Assembly (NCBI GenBank): GCA_963799775.1
Contig: CAWCYD010000003.1
Coordinates: forward strand, 1,120,001-1,184,000
Direction of reading: 5' to 3'
From: an uncultured archaeon
GTDB taxonomy: Archaea > Thermoproteota > Nitrososphaeria > Nitrososphaerales > Gagatemarchaeaceae
Length of the DNA: 64,000 nucleotides
The position numbers and the translations under genes are program-made. This document shows positions 1 through 8,794 of the stretch, one piece after another; position 1 is the first letter of the stretch; each line of letters begins with the position of its first letter. Below the pieces are notes generated by a model. That model did not search any database and was not told where the DNA came from. It saw nothing but the letters and a program-made list of their open reading frames with translations.

Positions 1-100
1 TGGTCAAGTAAAGGCCTGCCCCTACGGCGATTACCAGGATTACTAAGACTCCTACGGCCGGTAAAAGAAGCTTGTTTCCCGCTGGTTTGGATGTTTCCAT
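1..100 (-). CDS. 5' end of a membrane-anchored/secreted protein (truncated by window edge)
   Basis: Hand translation from ATG at 100: METSKPAGNKLLLPAVGVLVILVIAVGAGLYLT; AT-rich promoter region upstream. Confidence 0.6.
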   Translation of the reverse strand, partial: METSKPAGNKLLLPAVGVLVILVIAVGAGLYLT

Positions 101-134
101 CTTCGTTTCGCTAGGCCCTTGTATGGCGAGCTGG

Positions 135-164
135 GTTATTAAGTATTACCAGTTTCTAAATAAC
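135..164. promoter_or_regulatory. Inverted repeat, candidate operator for the NikR-family regulator
   Basis: GTTATT-N18-AATAAC (GTTATTAAG/CTAAATAAC, 1 mismatch) overlapping the promoter of the gene at 1-100. Confidence 0.4.
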
Positions 165-330
165 ATCAATATGTGCTTCAGATAATAGTTCTGGTATTAC
201 TAATCATGAATCTCTCGGAGCTATTAATCGTGTTGCGCACAATTGCCGATTCGGAGGGGTACCTCAAACGGAGTAACGCTAGGCGGATCGGTTGCAAGAT
301 CCGCAGTCGTGGCACCCCGAGGAAAAGGCT

Positions 331-441
331 TCAGCCCGTCATGAGATAGAACGCGACTGCCATCACCACGACCGCCACCCCCACGATTATCGCCGCCCAC
401 ATGTGGTAGCGACTGGTCGTCTCGCTCGGCACGTTTGCCAT
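331..441 (-). CDS. 36-aa single-TM peptide
   Basis: MANVPSETTSRYHMWAAIIVGVAVVVMAVAFYLMTG; AT-rich TATA-like element about 25 nt upstream. Confidence 0.5.
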   Translation of the reverse strand: MANVPSETTSRYHMWAAIIVGVAVVVMAVAFYLMTG

Positions 442-464
442 GAGACCCAAAGGGGCTCGTGATA

Positions 465-492
465 TTAATAAATATTTGGCCAAAAGTATTAA
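465..492. promoter_or_regulatory. Inverted repeat with NikR-like 6-16-6 spacing
   Basis: TTAATA-N16-TATTAA with internal palindrome TTTGGCCAAA. Confidence 0.4.
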
Positions 493-554
493 CATTGGTT
501 GCCTGACGAACGACTTTCTAACAAGGCAAAGCGCGCGAGGCTCGCGTTGTCGGT

Positions 555-938
555 CTAGATTGGTATCAGCTTCGTGCTCTTCATCTTGTCCTCCGCCTGG
601 AAGGACTTGGTCATGGAATTTACCTTCTTGGCGTCCCCCTGGACGACGAAGAGCTCGATGCACATGGAAGTCTTCGTCTTGTTATGGACGTGAGTCGTGA
701 TTATGTCCTCGTACTGGTGCTTAAGTTTGGTCACGGGGGCTTCCTGCTCCTCATCATGAGTCACGATCAGCAGTCCATTCATGTCCCCTGTAGCAGTGGC
801 CCTCTCTCTCGAGTCCTCGAGCAGCATACGGATGGCGGCTCGGACGAGCTCCGACCTTCCGGTGAACCCTGAATGCTTCTGGACCTCGTCCATCTCCTTC
901 AGCATTGTCTCAGGGAACGATAGGCTGACAACGGTCAT
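555..938 (-). CDS. nikR: NikR-family metal-responsive regulator (RHH + ACT-like)
   Basis: N-terminal RHH (VVSLSF...RSELVRAAIR) and H...HxH...C metal motif (KHQYEDIITTHVH...MCIE). Confidence 0.85.
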   Translation of the reverse strand: MTVVSLSFPETMLKEMDEVQKHSGFTGRSELVRAAIRMLLEDSRERATATGDMNGLLIVTHDEEQEAPVTKLKHQYEDIITTHVHNKTKTSMCIELFVVQGDAKKVNSMTKSFQAEDKMKSTKLIPI

Positions 939-1074
939 TCTCGGTCTACGGGTCGGAGGGTGACGGCGATATTTAACTTATGTTATTGTTAATAACGGCG
1001 GCATCAGGTAAGAAGCCCCGGGTCTCAAGTTCATTAACACCTAGCGTGCTGGAGAGGCGCAGGCGGATTCCATC

Positions 1075-1855
1075 TTGAGGAGCAGGAAGGGAGCGGAATC
1101 AGGTGTGCCGGGAGGCGCGAGGCGCATATCCGAGCGGGTGATCTTGGGCGTGCGGACGTGGGGGTGGCGCGCGGCGCTTCTTGCTTCGCTTGCATGTGTG
1201 GCAGCGGCAGTCTACTTCTACGCGCGCTTCCTCGCGGCTCCCCAGTCCCAGCACATATTCGGGGAATATTTCGGGTTGCGGAGCAGCGGCGACTCGTTTG
1301 TGGAGTATGCCATGTTCTGGCTCCTGACCGGATCATGGATGCGAGTCTTCAGCGTGAGAGTTGCCCTGGCGACTGCCATGGCTGTGCCCGTGTTGGTCCT
1401 CAATGTCGCGTTCGCATGGAGTAGCGGTGTATTGGGATACGTCCTCCTGCTCGTCCCAAAGTGGCTGCCCCAGTTCATCTTCATCGACTACCTGAGCTTG
1501 GTCCAGTTCCCCGCTACCGGAAGGGACCCTGGATTTCTACTACCTGGCGTGGCTCGCGGCACTCTTACTTCTCTCGATCGGATTCTTCAGATCAGGACTG
1601 GTTGGGAGGCTGGTCCGCTCGCTTGAGTTTACCACCGTAGTCGTCATGGCGCTGCCTGTCGAAGTCTTTCTCTTTGATAGACATGAGTTCGGCCTACACG
1701 TCATGGACGCCCAGGTCGGGACGTCCGTACTCTGGTTCTCCAACGCCGACCTGTTGGCCGTCCTAGCGCTCGCGCTAGCGCTTCTGGGCCTTGTTCACGG
1801 GTTCGTGCTCAGAGAGATGGTCATCAGAAGGCAGCGCCTGATTCATGGAGAGTAG
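1075..1855 (+). CDS. Multi-pass membrane protein (frameshift near 1530)
   Basis: Hydrophobic ORF continues in a second frame (LDFYYLAWLAALLLLSIGFF...MALPVEVF); start uncertain. Confidence 0.55.
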
Positions 1856-1911
1856 TTGAGCGGGCCCGGTGGGATTTGAACCCACGACATGCTGGTTAAG
1901 AGCCAGCCGCT

Positions 1912-1928
1912 CCAGGAACCTTAGCTCT
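1912..1928 (-). other. Second tRNA intron near position 22/23 (17 nt; boundaries slide by 1-2 nt)
   Basis: Required to restore CCAGGTCA-GAGC D-loop/stem; GAGC-TAAG-GTTC hairpin; central helix poor. Confidence 0.55.
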
Positions 1929-1937
1929 CTGACCTGG

Positions 1938-1964
1938 TTTCCCGACTCGGTTGAGACGGAGTCT
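1938..1964 (-). other. tRNA intron at position 15/16 (27 nt)
   Basis: GCTC AG|A GACTC..GAGTC GGGA AA|C: two 3-nt bulges, 3/4-paired central helix, 5-bp intron helix. Confidence 0.75.
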
Positions 1965-2073
1965 CTGAGCCACGGGCCCGCGAGCAGGCCGACCAGTGTC
2001 TCGGATATTTACTTTGCACCGCGAGGGTGGACCCGTTATTAGTGGGCAGACGGCGGCCACAGGCGAAACAACC

Positions 2074-3115
2074 ATGGGAGAACTGATCTTCGTCGGGCTC
2101 GGGTTGGGCGACAAGGGCGTGAGCTTGGCCGGAGTGGACGCGATAAAGGCCTCCGACCTCGCCTACTTCGAACGCTACAGTTCGCCCCCCTCGGCGACGC
2201 TCCTCTCTGACCTGGAAGCTGCGACGGGGAGGAAGCTCGTGATGGTCGGCAGGGAGTTCGTTGAGGACGGGCGAGAGATACTCGAGAAAGCCATGCACCT
2301 CCAAGGTGGCGGTCGCGGTCCAGGGCGACCCGATGATAGCGACTACCCACAGCGACCTGCGTGTCAGGGCCGAGTCGAGAGGGATAGCGACGAAGGTGAT
2401 ACACGGCGCGACCATCCCCGCCGCGGCGGCGAGCGCCAGCGGGCTCCATTTCTACAAGTTCGGCGGGACCATCACTTTCACTCTGGAGAGCTCGTCCCAC
2501 CACCAGGACGTCTACCAGCGGCTCCACCGAAACCTGCTCGAGGGCCAGCACACGCTGCTCCTGCTGGAGTACGACGTGGAGGGGGACCGCGGAGTCAGCC
2601 CAGGCTTCGTCTTCGAGAGGCTGCTGGCCGCGGAGGAGAACTTCAAGCGCGAAATCCTATCGGAGAAGACCCTGGCGATCGTGCTCGGGCGGATAGGGAT
2701 GAAGGATGAGAGGGTGGTTGCGGGCTCGATCGAGAGGCTCAGGGCCATGGCCTTCGGAGCTCCTCCGCACTGTGTCATCATCCCCGGGCGGCTTCACTTC
2801 ACCGAGGAGGAGGCGCTGGTGACAATCCTGAAGGTGGACAAGCAGGAACTGGTCGACAACTCTAGCGGCGTCAAGCGGACGGCTCAGGTGCTGGTCCCTC
2901 GCTACGTTGAAAAGGCGAAGAGGGCGCTCGAGGAGGCCAGACGGGGTTTGAACGGCAAGCACAAGGAGCTGCTCGAGAACGCAGAGCTCTACCTCAAGGA
3001 CTCGGAGCGGTTCCTCTCGAGCAACGAGGACGAGCTCGCCATGCTGAGCATCGGCTATGCCGAGGGGCTGGTGGACGCTCTGTCCTTCACTGGCGAGGTC
3101 AAGCTCCATTGGTGA
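2074..3115 (+). CDS. dph5: Diphthine synthase with C-terminal helical extension (frameshift near 2294)
   Basis: LIFVGLGL, GDPMIATTH, YKFG, HTLLLL, PPHCVIIPG; C-terminal IGYAEGLVDAL (DUF357-like). Confidence 0.92.
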
Positions 3116-3747
3116 CCCGGGTCAGACCTCGCACTACAGACACTCGGAAAGAGGTTCTTGAGGTATTGAGGGAGGCTTACGTCGAGAGCATCAGGGATGG
3201 CAAATCGACCATGAGGGGCATCGTTGACAGTCTGGACATGCCAGCTGCCACAGTGAGGACGGCCCTCAGGGAAGCTGGAGAGCAGAAGCTCGTCACGGTG
3301 ACGAACGGGCAAGTCGAGCTGGCACCGGACGGAAGGCGCCGCCTGAAGGTGGTGATGCTCGGAGGGGCCTTCGAGATAATCCACCCCGGGCACATCAACG
3401 CCCTCACCGAGGCGACGACGCTCGGGAACACATTGGTGGTCGTCGTGGCCACCGACGAGAGCGTGGAGAAGAACAAGGGCAGGCCGCCTGTGACCAACCA
3501 GGCATCGAGGGTGCGGCTTGTCTCGTCCCTAAGGCAGGTAGACCTCGCGCTCCCAGGCAACAAGGGGAGCATCTTCGACATACTCGTCAAGATAAGGCCG
3601 GACGTGGTCGCGCTTGGATACGACCAGAATCACAACGGGGATGAGATAGTCGGAGAGGCGGCAAGGAGGGGAGTCTCGACGACCGTCGCGAGGCTGGGGG
3701 CGCAGATCCCCCACGTGAAGACCTCGAAGATCCTCTCTTCGATGTGA
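3109..3747 (+). CDS. ribL: FAD synthetase-like cytidylyltransferase with N-terminal wHTH-like segment
   Basis: GGAFEIIHPGH, RPDVVALGYDQ, KTSKI; adjacent to riboflavin kinase. Confidence 0.8.
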   Translation: MVTRVRPRTTDTRKEVLEVLREAYVESIRDGKSTMRGIVDSLDMPAATVRTALREAGEQKLVTVTNGQVELAPDGRRRLKVVMLGGAFEIIHPGHINALTEATTLGNTLVVVVATDESVEKNKGRPPVTNQASRVRLVSSLRQVDLALPGNKGSIFDILVKIRPDVVALGYDQNHNGDEIVGEAARRGVSTTVARLGAQIPHVKTSKILSSM

Positions 3748-3754
3748 GGCCTTC

Positions 3755-4442
3755 TCAGCCCACGGAGACGCTGATCTCTACCGGGTCGCCGTTCTTCAGG
3801 CCCAACGACCCTCGGAGGTAGTGCGGGGAGATGACCTCGAGCACGCTGTCGTCGTAATGAGTCCTGTCTATCACGAGGACCGCGGCGTCCAGGCCCTGCT
3901 TTCCGACCTTTGCCAGGTAGCACCTTGCGCCTCCGTAGGCCCTTCCTCCGCTCTCGAAACCGTCTATCCTGATCCCGTCGAACGACCGGAGCTGCTTCTT
4001 CTGCTCCGTCTCGAGGTTGCCTTCGAGCCTGACGTTGAGCGTCCCCGGATAGGGGTCGAACCCAAGGGCCTTCTTGAACTGCGTCTTGTACCCCTCGAGC
4101 CCCACGTAGTAGGCCCCCTCCCCCAGGCCCTGGAAGACCTTCCCTGCGAACTTCATCTCGTGCCGGGGCTTGTCGTCCAGCGCCACCTTCAGGCCTGAAT
4201 AATAGGCCCAGGACTACGTCCTCCCCGTTGCCGGTGAGGCGGACGGCGAACTTTGCGCCGGACCGTCTCCGCTCGACGTAGCCGAGGGACTCTAGCTCCT
4301 GAAGGTGTCTCGATGCCGCCTGCTGGCTCTGGCCTAGCTTCTCCGCCAACTGGTCGCTTGAGAGCGTCACGAAACCGATGTGAGCCTTCAGCTTCACCAG
4401 CTCCACGAGCGTGGGGATGAGGACTGGCTTGATCTTGTCCAT
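3755..4442 (-). CDS. ribK: CTP-dependent riboflavin kinase with N-terminal wHTH (RbkR type; frameshift near 4200)
   Basis: SQQAASRHL wHTH; GLGEGAYY, PYPGTLN, RTHY, EVISP. Confidence 0.9.
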
Positions 4443-4550
4443 CTCTTTGAGTGGCTGGCGGCGCCGCGGGTCGGATATAAGTCAGTCCGAGAAGACGGGC
4501 GATTCGCATCTCATTTTAATAGCCTAGACCTGCGCGGGAGTAATCCAATA

Positions 4551-5281
4551 ATGCCATCCCCCGGCGCAGAGATCATGCTCTCCCAAGAGCAGGCGGTGAT
4601 CCGCCGCGGCCCCGGAGTGCGCAAGGAGGTCGAGAGCGCGTTCGGCCTCGGAGGCGAGACGGAGGGGACCCTCGTCCTCACCGACAGACGACTGGTCTAC
4701 GTCCATTCTAACGAGAAGGAAGAGTGAACCTGCCGCTGGGAGCATTCAGCGTGAAGCGTCTATACTTCGCAGACGTCGACGACCTTGACTCGATGACGCT
4801 CGACTCGGCGAGCATGGAGATCCCCATCCCTGCGATAAGCAAAATCAAGGGACATCGTGGGGAGGCGACAGACCCCAAGCTCGAGGTGCAGTGGAAGGAC
4901 CAGACGGGCGCGACCCAATCGACCGAGTTCGTCCAGCAAATCACAGGGAGCTCGAGGCGAAGGAATCTGAACGACTGGGCGAAGGTGATAGAGAAGCTGA
5001 AGGCAGGGACGCTGAAGATAGCTCCGCTTCCTTCGGCACCCGGGACAGACACTCTGGAAGGAAAGGCGCTCGAGGTCTTGGGCGATATGCAAGAGAAGGG
5101 ACCGCTGACCATAGAAGAGGAGGTCGAGGAGAAGTACAAGCTGGACCTCGATCCAGACGAGGTCGAGCAGGCCTGTGAGAAGCTGGCAGCTGCAGGCCTT
5201 GTGACGAAGACAGTCGTGAAGGGCGAGGACACCTACTACAGAAAGGCGTCATCTCTCGGCGATGAAGACCTGAACGCCTAG
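4551..5281 (+). CDS. Hypothetical protein, PH/GRAM-like N-terminus + C-terminal winged helix (frameshift near 4722)
   Basis: GTLVLTDRRLVY, EIPIPAISKI, WAKVI; C-terminal DEVEQACEKLAAAGLV...YYR. Confidence 0.6.
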
Positions 5282-5282
5282 G

Positions 5283-5939
5283 CTATCTGGAACTTCTCGA
5301 GCGCGTCGTCTTCTTCTTTTCCAGCGAGTTCTGGAGGCTCTGCATCGAGGAGACCATCGTCGACCTCCTCGCCTCTTGCGCCATCACGCCGCGGGCGTCC
5401 TCTGTGAGCATCCTGGCCACGTCGATCTTCCTGCGCACCCCGTTCGCCACGTGGTCGAAGGCGGCGAACGGCGAGAGCTCGGAGTAGAGGCTCTCCATGA
5501 GCTGAAAGTAGCGCCCCGCCTTGTCGATCTCCGACCTCATCACCGAGTCCAGGAGCAGCCTCTTGACCTCGCCTACTGCGTCGAGGAGGCCCATGATGTA
5601 GCCCTCTCCTGAGACGCCGAGCTCCTTCGCCCCTGGGATGGGGCGCCCTAGGACTATTGCCTCGACTGCAGAGGCCTCGACGAACTCTGCCTCAGGCGAG
5701 GGCATGTACCTGGACAGAGGCCCGTTCCCCGCCTCCTTCCGCAGGTCCTTCAGGACGTTGCCCGCCGCCCTGATCTCTTCCTGTGCCTCCTCGAGCTTCC
5801 CCGTGTGGATGTGGATTATCGCCTTTGAGCAGAGCGAGATCGAGTCCCTCGAGGTCTTCAGGATCTTCTCCCTCCTTCCTAGAACCTGCTGCATGCCTTT
5901 CTCGATACCTTTGAGAGACTCCTGCACTTCGCGCTCCAA
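5283..5939 (-). CDS. Translin/Trax (C3PO) family RNA-binding nuclease
   Basis: RREKILKTSR, AEFVEA, YIMGLLDAVGEVKR, RRKIDVAR. Confidence 0.88.
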   Translation of the reverse strand: MEREVQESLKGIEKGMQQVLGRREKILKTSRDSISLCSKAIIHIHTGKLEEAQEEIRAAGNVLKDLRKEAGNGPLSRYMPSPEAEFVEASAVEAIVLGRPIPGAKELGVSGEGYIMGLLDAVGEVKRLLLDSVMRSEIDKAGRYFQLMESLYSELSPFAAFDHVANGVRRKIDVARMLTEDARGVMAQEARRSTMVSSMQSLQNSLEKKKTTRSRSSR

Positions 5940-5962
5940 TATCCGAACAGGTTAGCGGGAAC

Positions 5963-6547
5963 GTGGGTGGAGATAAGCATGGCCCTCATTTTGCGCCCTG
6001 GCCTTCATTGGTAAAGAAAGTCGTCAAGGGAAGAACCATCTTTTGCAAATTGTGCGGTAACAGGTTCACTGCCAGTGGATGGGGGGCTTGGGCGCGCAGG
6101 TATTGCTCTGCCGAATTCAAGACACATGTGAACGCGGCTATGCATGCAAGATATGTATCAAGGAACAAGGAACACGTCAGCATCTACATCAAGGAAAGAA
6201 GGCTGAGAATCTGGGGAAAGTCGAGTCGGCAAATAGCCAAGGAAGCTGAGACATTCGCGATAGCGAAGATTCTGCCCCGATTGGGCTTCTGCGAAATCAA
6301 TCATCTCTCGGCCATTAACAAGTTTTTCCCGTTCGATATAGTAGCGACTTTGAACGGAGAAAGGGTCTTTATCGAGGTTACCACGACTTGGTCTAAAGTG
6401 ATAAGACGACAGCGAGCAATAGCTGATGCCCTCAGAATGAGGGTTTTCATTCTGTTTATCAAGCCGGGTTTGGCGTCCTACCATATCACGCCGGCCGAAT
6501 CCGATTTTGTAAGTCTGAGATTGAGCGAGCTTAGAAAAGTTGCCTAA
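5963..6547 (+). CDS. Zinc-finger + PD-(D/E)XK-like nuclease, low GC
   Basis: CKLC...RRYCS; KEAE...FPFDIVATLNGERVFIEVT; start uncertain. Confidence 0.65.
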   Translation: MGGDKHGPHFAPWPSLVKKVVKGRTIFCKLCGNRFTASGWGAWARRYCSAEFKTHVNAAMHARYVSRNKEHVSIYIKERRLRIWGKSSRQIAKEAETFAIAKILPRLGFCEINHLSAINKFFPFDIVATLNGERVFIEVTTTWSKVIRRQRAIADALRMRVFILFIKPGLASYHITPAESDFVSLRLSELRKVA

Positions 6548-6836
6548 CCGCCAATACGTTCGAGGAAGATCTAAGGAATACCGGGCCATGGAGCTCTTGA
6601 GGAAGGACGGGTGGGTCGTGGGAAGGAGCGCTGGCTCTCACAGCCCCGTAGACATCTTCGCCGCGAAGTTGGGCATCACGCTCCTCGTCCAGGTGAAGAA
6701 CGGGACGGCGCGGCTAAAGGCGGAGGAAGCCAAGGAATTGGTTAAATGGGCAGAAGCCTTCAATGCGGATGCAGAGATTTGGCACTTCAAAGGACGGGGC
6801 AACCTGGAGAGAAGGCGCCTGCGGGCGCGGAAGTGA
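6540..6836 (+). CDS. hjc: Holliday junction resolvase Hjc
   Basis: RGRSKEY, RSAGS, VDIFA, LVQVK. Confidence 0.85.
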   Translation: MPNRQYVRGRSKEYRAMELLRKDGWVVGRSAGSHSPVDIFAAKLGITLLVQVKNGTARLKAEEAKELVKWAEAFNADAEIWHFKGRGNLERRRLRARK

Positions 6837-6848
6837 GGTGAGCAGCCC

Positions 6849-6998
6849 TTGGAGCTAAAGTGCTACTTTTGTGACGCCGACCTGAAGAAAGACGTAAAGC
6901 CGTACAAGATAGGCTCGAAGGAGGAGTCCATCTGCCTGTCCTGCTACACGAAGATGGTCAACAGGCGGGCGGCTCTCGGCCAGGAAAAATCGAAGTAG
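6849..6998 (+). CDS. 49-aa zinc-finger microprotein
   Basis: Hand translation MELKCYFCD...ICLSCYTKM...; TTG start preceded by GAGGTGA. Confidence 0.7.
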   Translation: MELKCYFCDADLKKDVKPYKIGSKEESICLSCYTKMVNRRAALGQEKSK

Positions 6999-7008
6999 CG
7001 AAAGTCCG

Positions 7009-7362
7009 TCAGGATGCTGCGAAGCATCGGTTCAGCTGCGTTATCACTGAAGAGCAGAGCTCGACTTTTTCTTCGTCGTCGCACATGGTGTAGTAGGCCC
7101 GCGCCTTCTCGTATTGCGGGAGCGCGCGGATGGCGTTGGCAAAGTCGCTGCTCGTCTCCCCCAGCGAGAGGAGGCCCGTCATCTCATACCACTCTGCGGC
7201 GCTGGCGTACTCGCCGAGGGCCTCGAAGCAGTCGGCGATCCACTTGCAGAGGTTGACCCTCTGCTCCGGCGACTGGAGCTTGCCGAACTCTTCCTTCAAG
7301 AGGATCACGGCCACGTCTCTGTTCCCCATCTTGGCCATGTCAATGACCTCTGAGAAATCCAT
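7009..7362 (-). CDS. Small helical-repeat (TPR-like) protein
   Basis: IADCFEALGEYASAAEWYE and YEKARAYY patterns. Confidence 0.55.
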   Translation of the reverse strand: MDFSEVIDMAKMGNRDVAVILLKEEFGKLQSPEQRVNLCKWIADCFEALGEYASAAEWYEMTGLLSLGETSSDFANAIRALPQYEKARAYYTMCDDEEKVELCSSVITQLNRCFAAS

Positions 7363-7424
7363 CTTGGAGCAGTGTCTCGCATCAGTGTTAATTCGTGGGA
7401 ACTCTATATTCTTTGAACTTCTTA

Positions 7425-7943
7425 TCAAACCGTTTTCCTCGTTCGTCGAGACTGCATCTTCTCACGCAGCTTCCTTCTCTCCAGCGCCTCGCGGAACCTC
7501 CTCTTCTCGTCGGAGGTGACCGGGATGAGCGGCTCCACGGGGCTTGGCCTCCCGTTCCCGTCCAGCGCCACGAAAGTCAGGTAGCAGGAGCCTGTGTGGG
7601 CCGTCGTCCCTGTGAGCGGGTCTTCAGCCTCTATCCTCACACCCACCTCCATCGACGTCTTCCCCACGAAGTTCACGGCCGCCTTGAGGATGAGGAGGTT
7701 GCCGACGTAGACAGGGGCATAGAAGTCCATCCTGTCTATCGAGGCGGTCACCACGTTCTTCCTCGCGTGATGGAAGGCCACGATTCCTGCGACTTCGTCC
7801 ATGTACCTCATTATCGCACCGCCGAAGACGTTCCCCAAGATGTTGCCGTCCGTGGGCATCATCAGCCTCACGGTGGTCATCTGGGAGACAGATGCCTTCC
7901 TCCCTGCTCCTGGACTGCGGCTCAAGTCTGTTCGAGGCCTCAC
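7425..7943 (-). CDS. Acyl-CoA thioesterase (hotdog fold)
   Basis: GNILGNVFGGAIMRYMDE, GKTSMEVGV, YLTFVALD. Confidence 0.92.
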   Translation of the reverse strand: MRPRTDLSRSPGAGRKASVSQMTTVRLMMPTDGNILGNVFGGAIMRYMDEVAGIVAFHHARKNVVTASIDRMDFYAPVYVGNLLILKAAVNFVGKTSMEVGVRIEAEDPLTGTTAHTGSCYLTFVALDGNGRPSPVEPLIPVTSDEKRRFREALERRKLREKMQSRRTRKTV

Positions 7944-7990
7944 AGGCCCGAGATGGTTGATAAAGCTGGCCCGAAGCTGGGCAGTCCAGG

Positions 7991-8794
7991 ATGGAAGGCG
8001 TGGCTTCGATGGACTACATAACTCCCGACGAGATGAAGGAGTTGGAGATGGGAGCGTCGGAGTACGGCGTGAGCGTCGAAGACCTGATGGAGAACGCCGG
8101 ACGAGGCGTGGCGGAGGTCGTCCTCTCTAGATGCGGCCCCGGGAAGCGGGTCACCGTGGTCTGCGGAGGCGGGAACAACGGCGGCGACGGCTTCGTCGCG
8201 GCGAGACACCTCTCTGAGAGGGACGAGGTCGACGTCATCTTGCTCACCACCCCCGAGAAGATAAGGACGGACGAGGCGCGCGAGAACTGGCGAAGGCTCA
8301 AAGAGACGCGAGTCCGCCTCGAGATCTGTCCGGACAGGGAGAGCCTCATGGGGAATTCAAGAAGGATCGAGGCTGCGGATGTGGTCGTGGCCGCCATCTT
8401 CGGGACCGGAGTGATCGGCGGCGTCGTCAAGGAGCCCTACTCCACCGCGATCTCTCTTGTGAACGCCACGCGTGGGGTCAAGGTCGCCATCGACCTCCCT
8501 TCGGGGCTTGACCCGGCCTCAGGTGCGGCCAGCCGCCCGTCCGTGAAGGCGGACGTAACGGTCGCGCTGCATCGTCCCAAGGTCGGCCTTCGCGGGAACG
8601 AAGAGCTCACCGGAGAGGTCGTCGTCGTAGAGATAGGGATCAGGGAGAAACCGCAGTCGGAAAGTTGGGCTCCTCTTCGAAGGTCCATCAAATCCCTGTC
8701 GGACCCATGCAGAACTTCGCCTATCTCGTCGCTGACGAGAAGAGCTCGGAGGCGATCGCGATCGACTCCGGATGGGAGACCGAACCGATCGTAG
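7991..8794 (+). CDS. nnrE: NAD(P)H-hydrate epimerase (YjeF_N)
   Basis: LMENAG, GGGNNGGDG, AIFGTG, DLPSG; homology ends near 8645, long overlap with next gene is suspect. Confidence 0.9.
   Translation: MEGVASMDYITPDEMKELEMGASEYGVSVEDLMENAGRGVAEVVLSRCGPGKRVTVVCGGGNNGGDGFVAARHLSERDEVDVILLTTPEKIRTDEARENWRRLKETRVRLEICPDRESLMGNSRRIEAADVVVAAIFGTGVIGGVVKEPYSTAISLVNATRGVKVAIDLPSGLDPASGAASRPSVKADVTVALHRPKVGLRGNEELTGEVVVVEIGIREKPQSESWAPLRRSIKSLSDPCRTSPISSLTRRARRRSRSTPDGRPNRS

Larger units (their letters stand above)
1861..1979 (-). tRNA. tRNA-Lys(CTT) with about 44 extra nt in the D-arm (two inferred introns)
   Basis: GGGCCCG/CGGGCCC acceptor stem, GCTGG-CTCTTAA-CCAGC anticodon arm, GTGGG-TTCAAAT-CCCAC T-arm; removing 27+17 nt gives a normal 75-nt tRNA. 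Confidence 0.93.

Noticed and set aside
255-320. tRNA-Cys-like remnant
   Set aside because: Anticodon-like hairpin only; no T-arm or D-arm
2074-4442. Dph5 extension, wHTH-RibK fusion, two lysW and two proteasome beta genes as novelties
   Set aside because: Known features of TACK/Nitrososphaerota genomes
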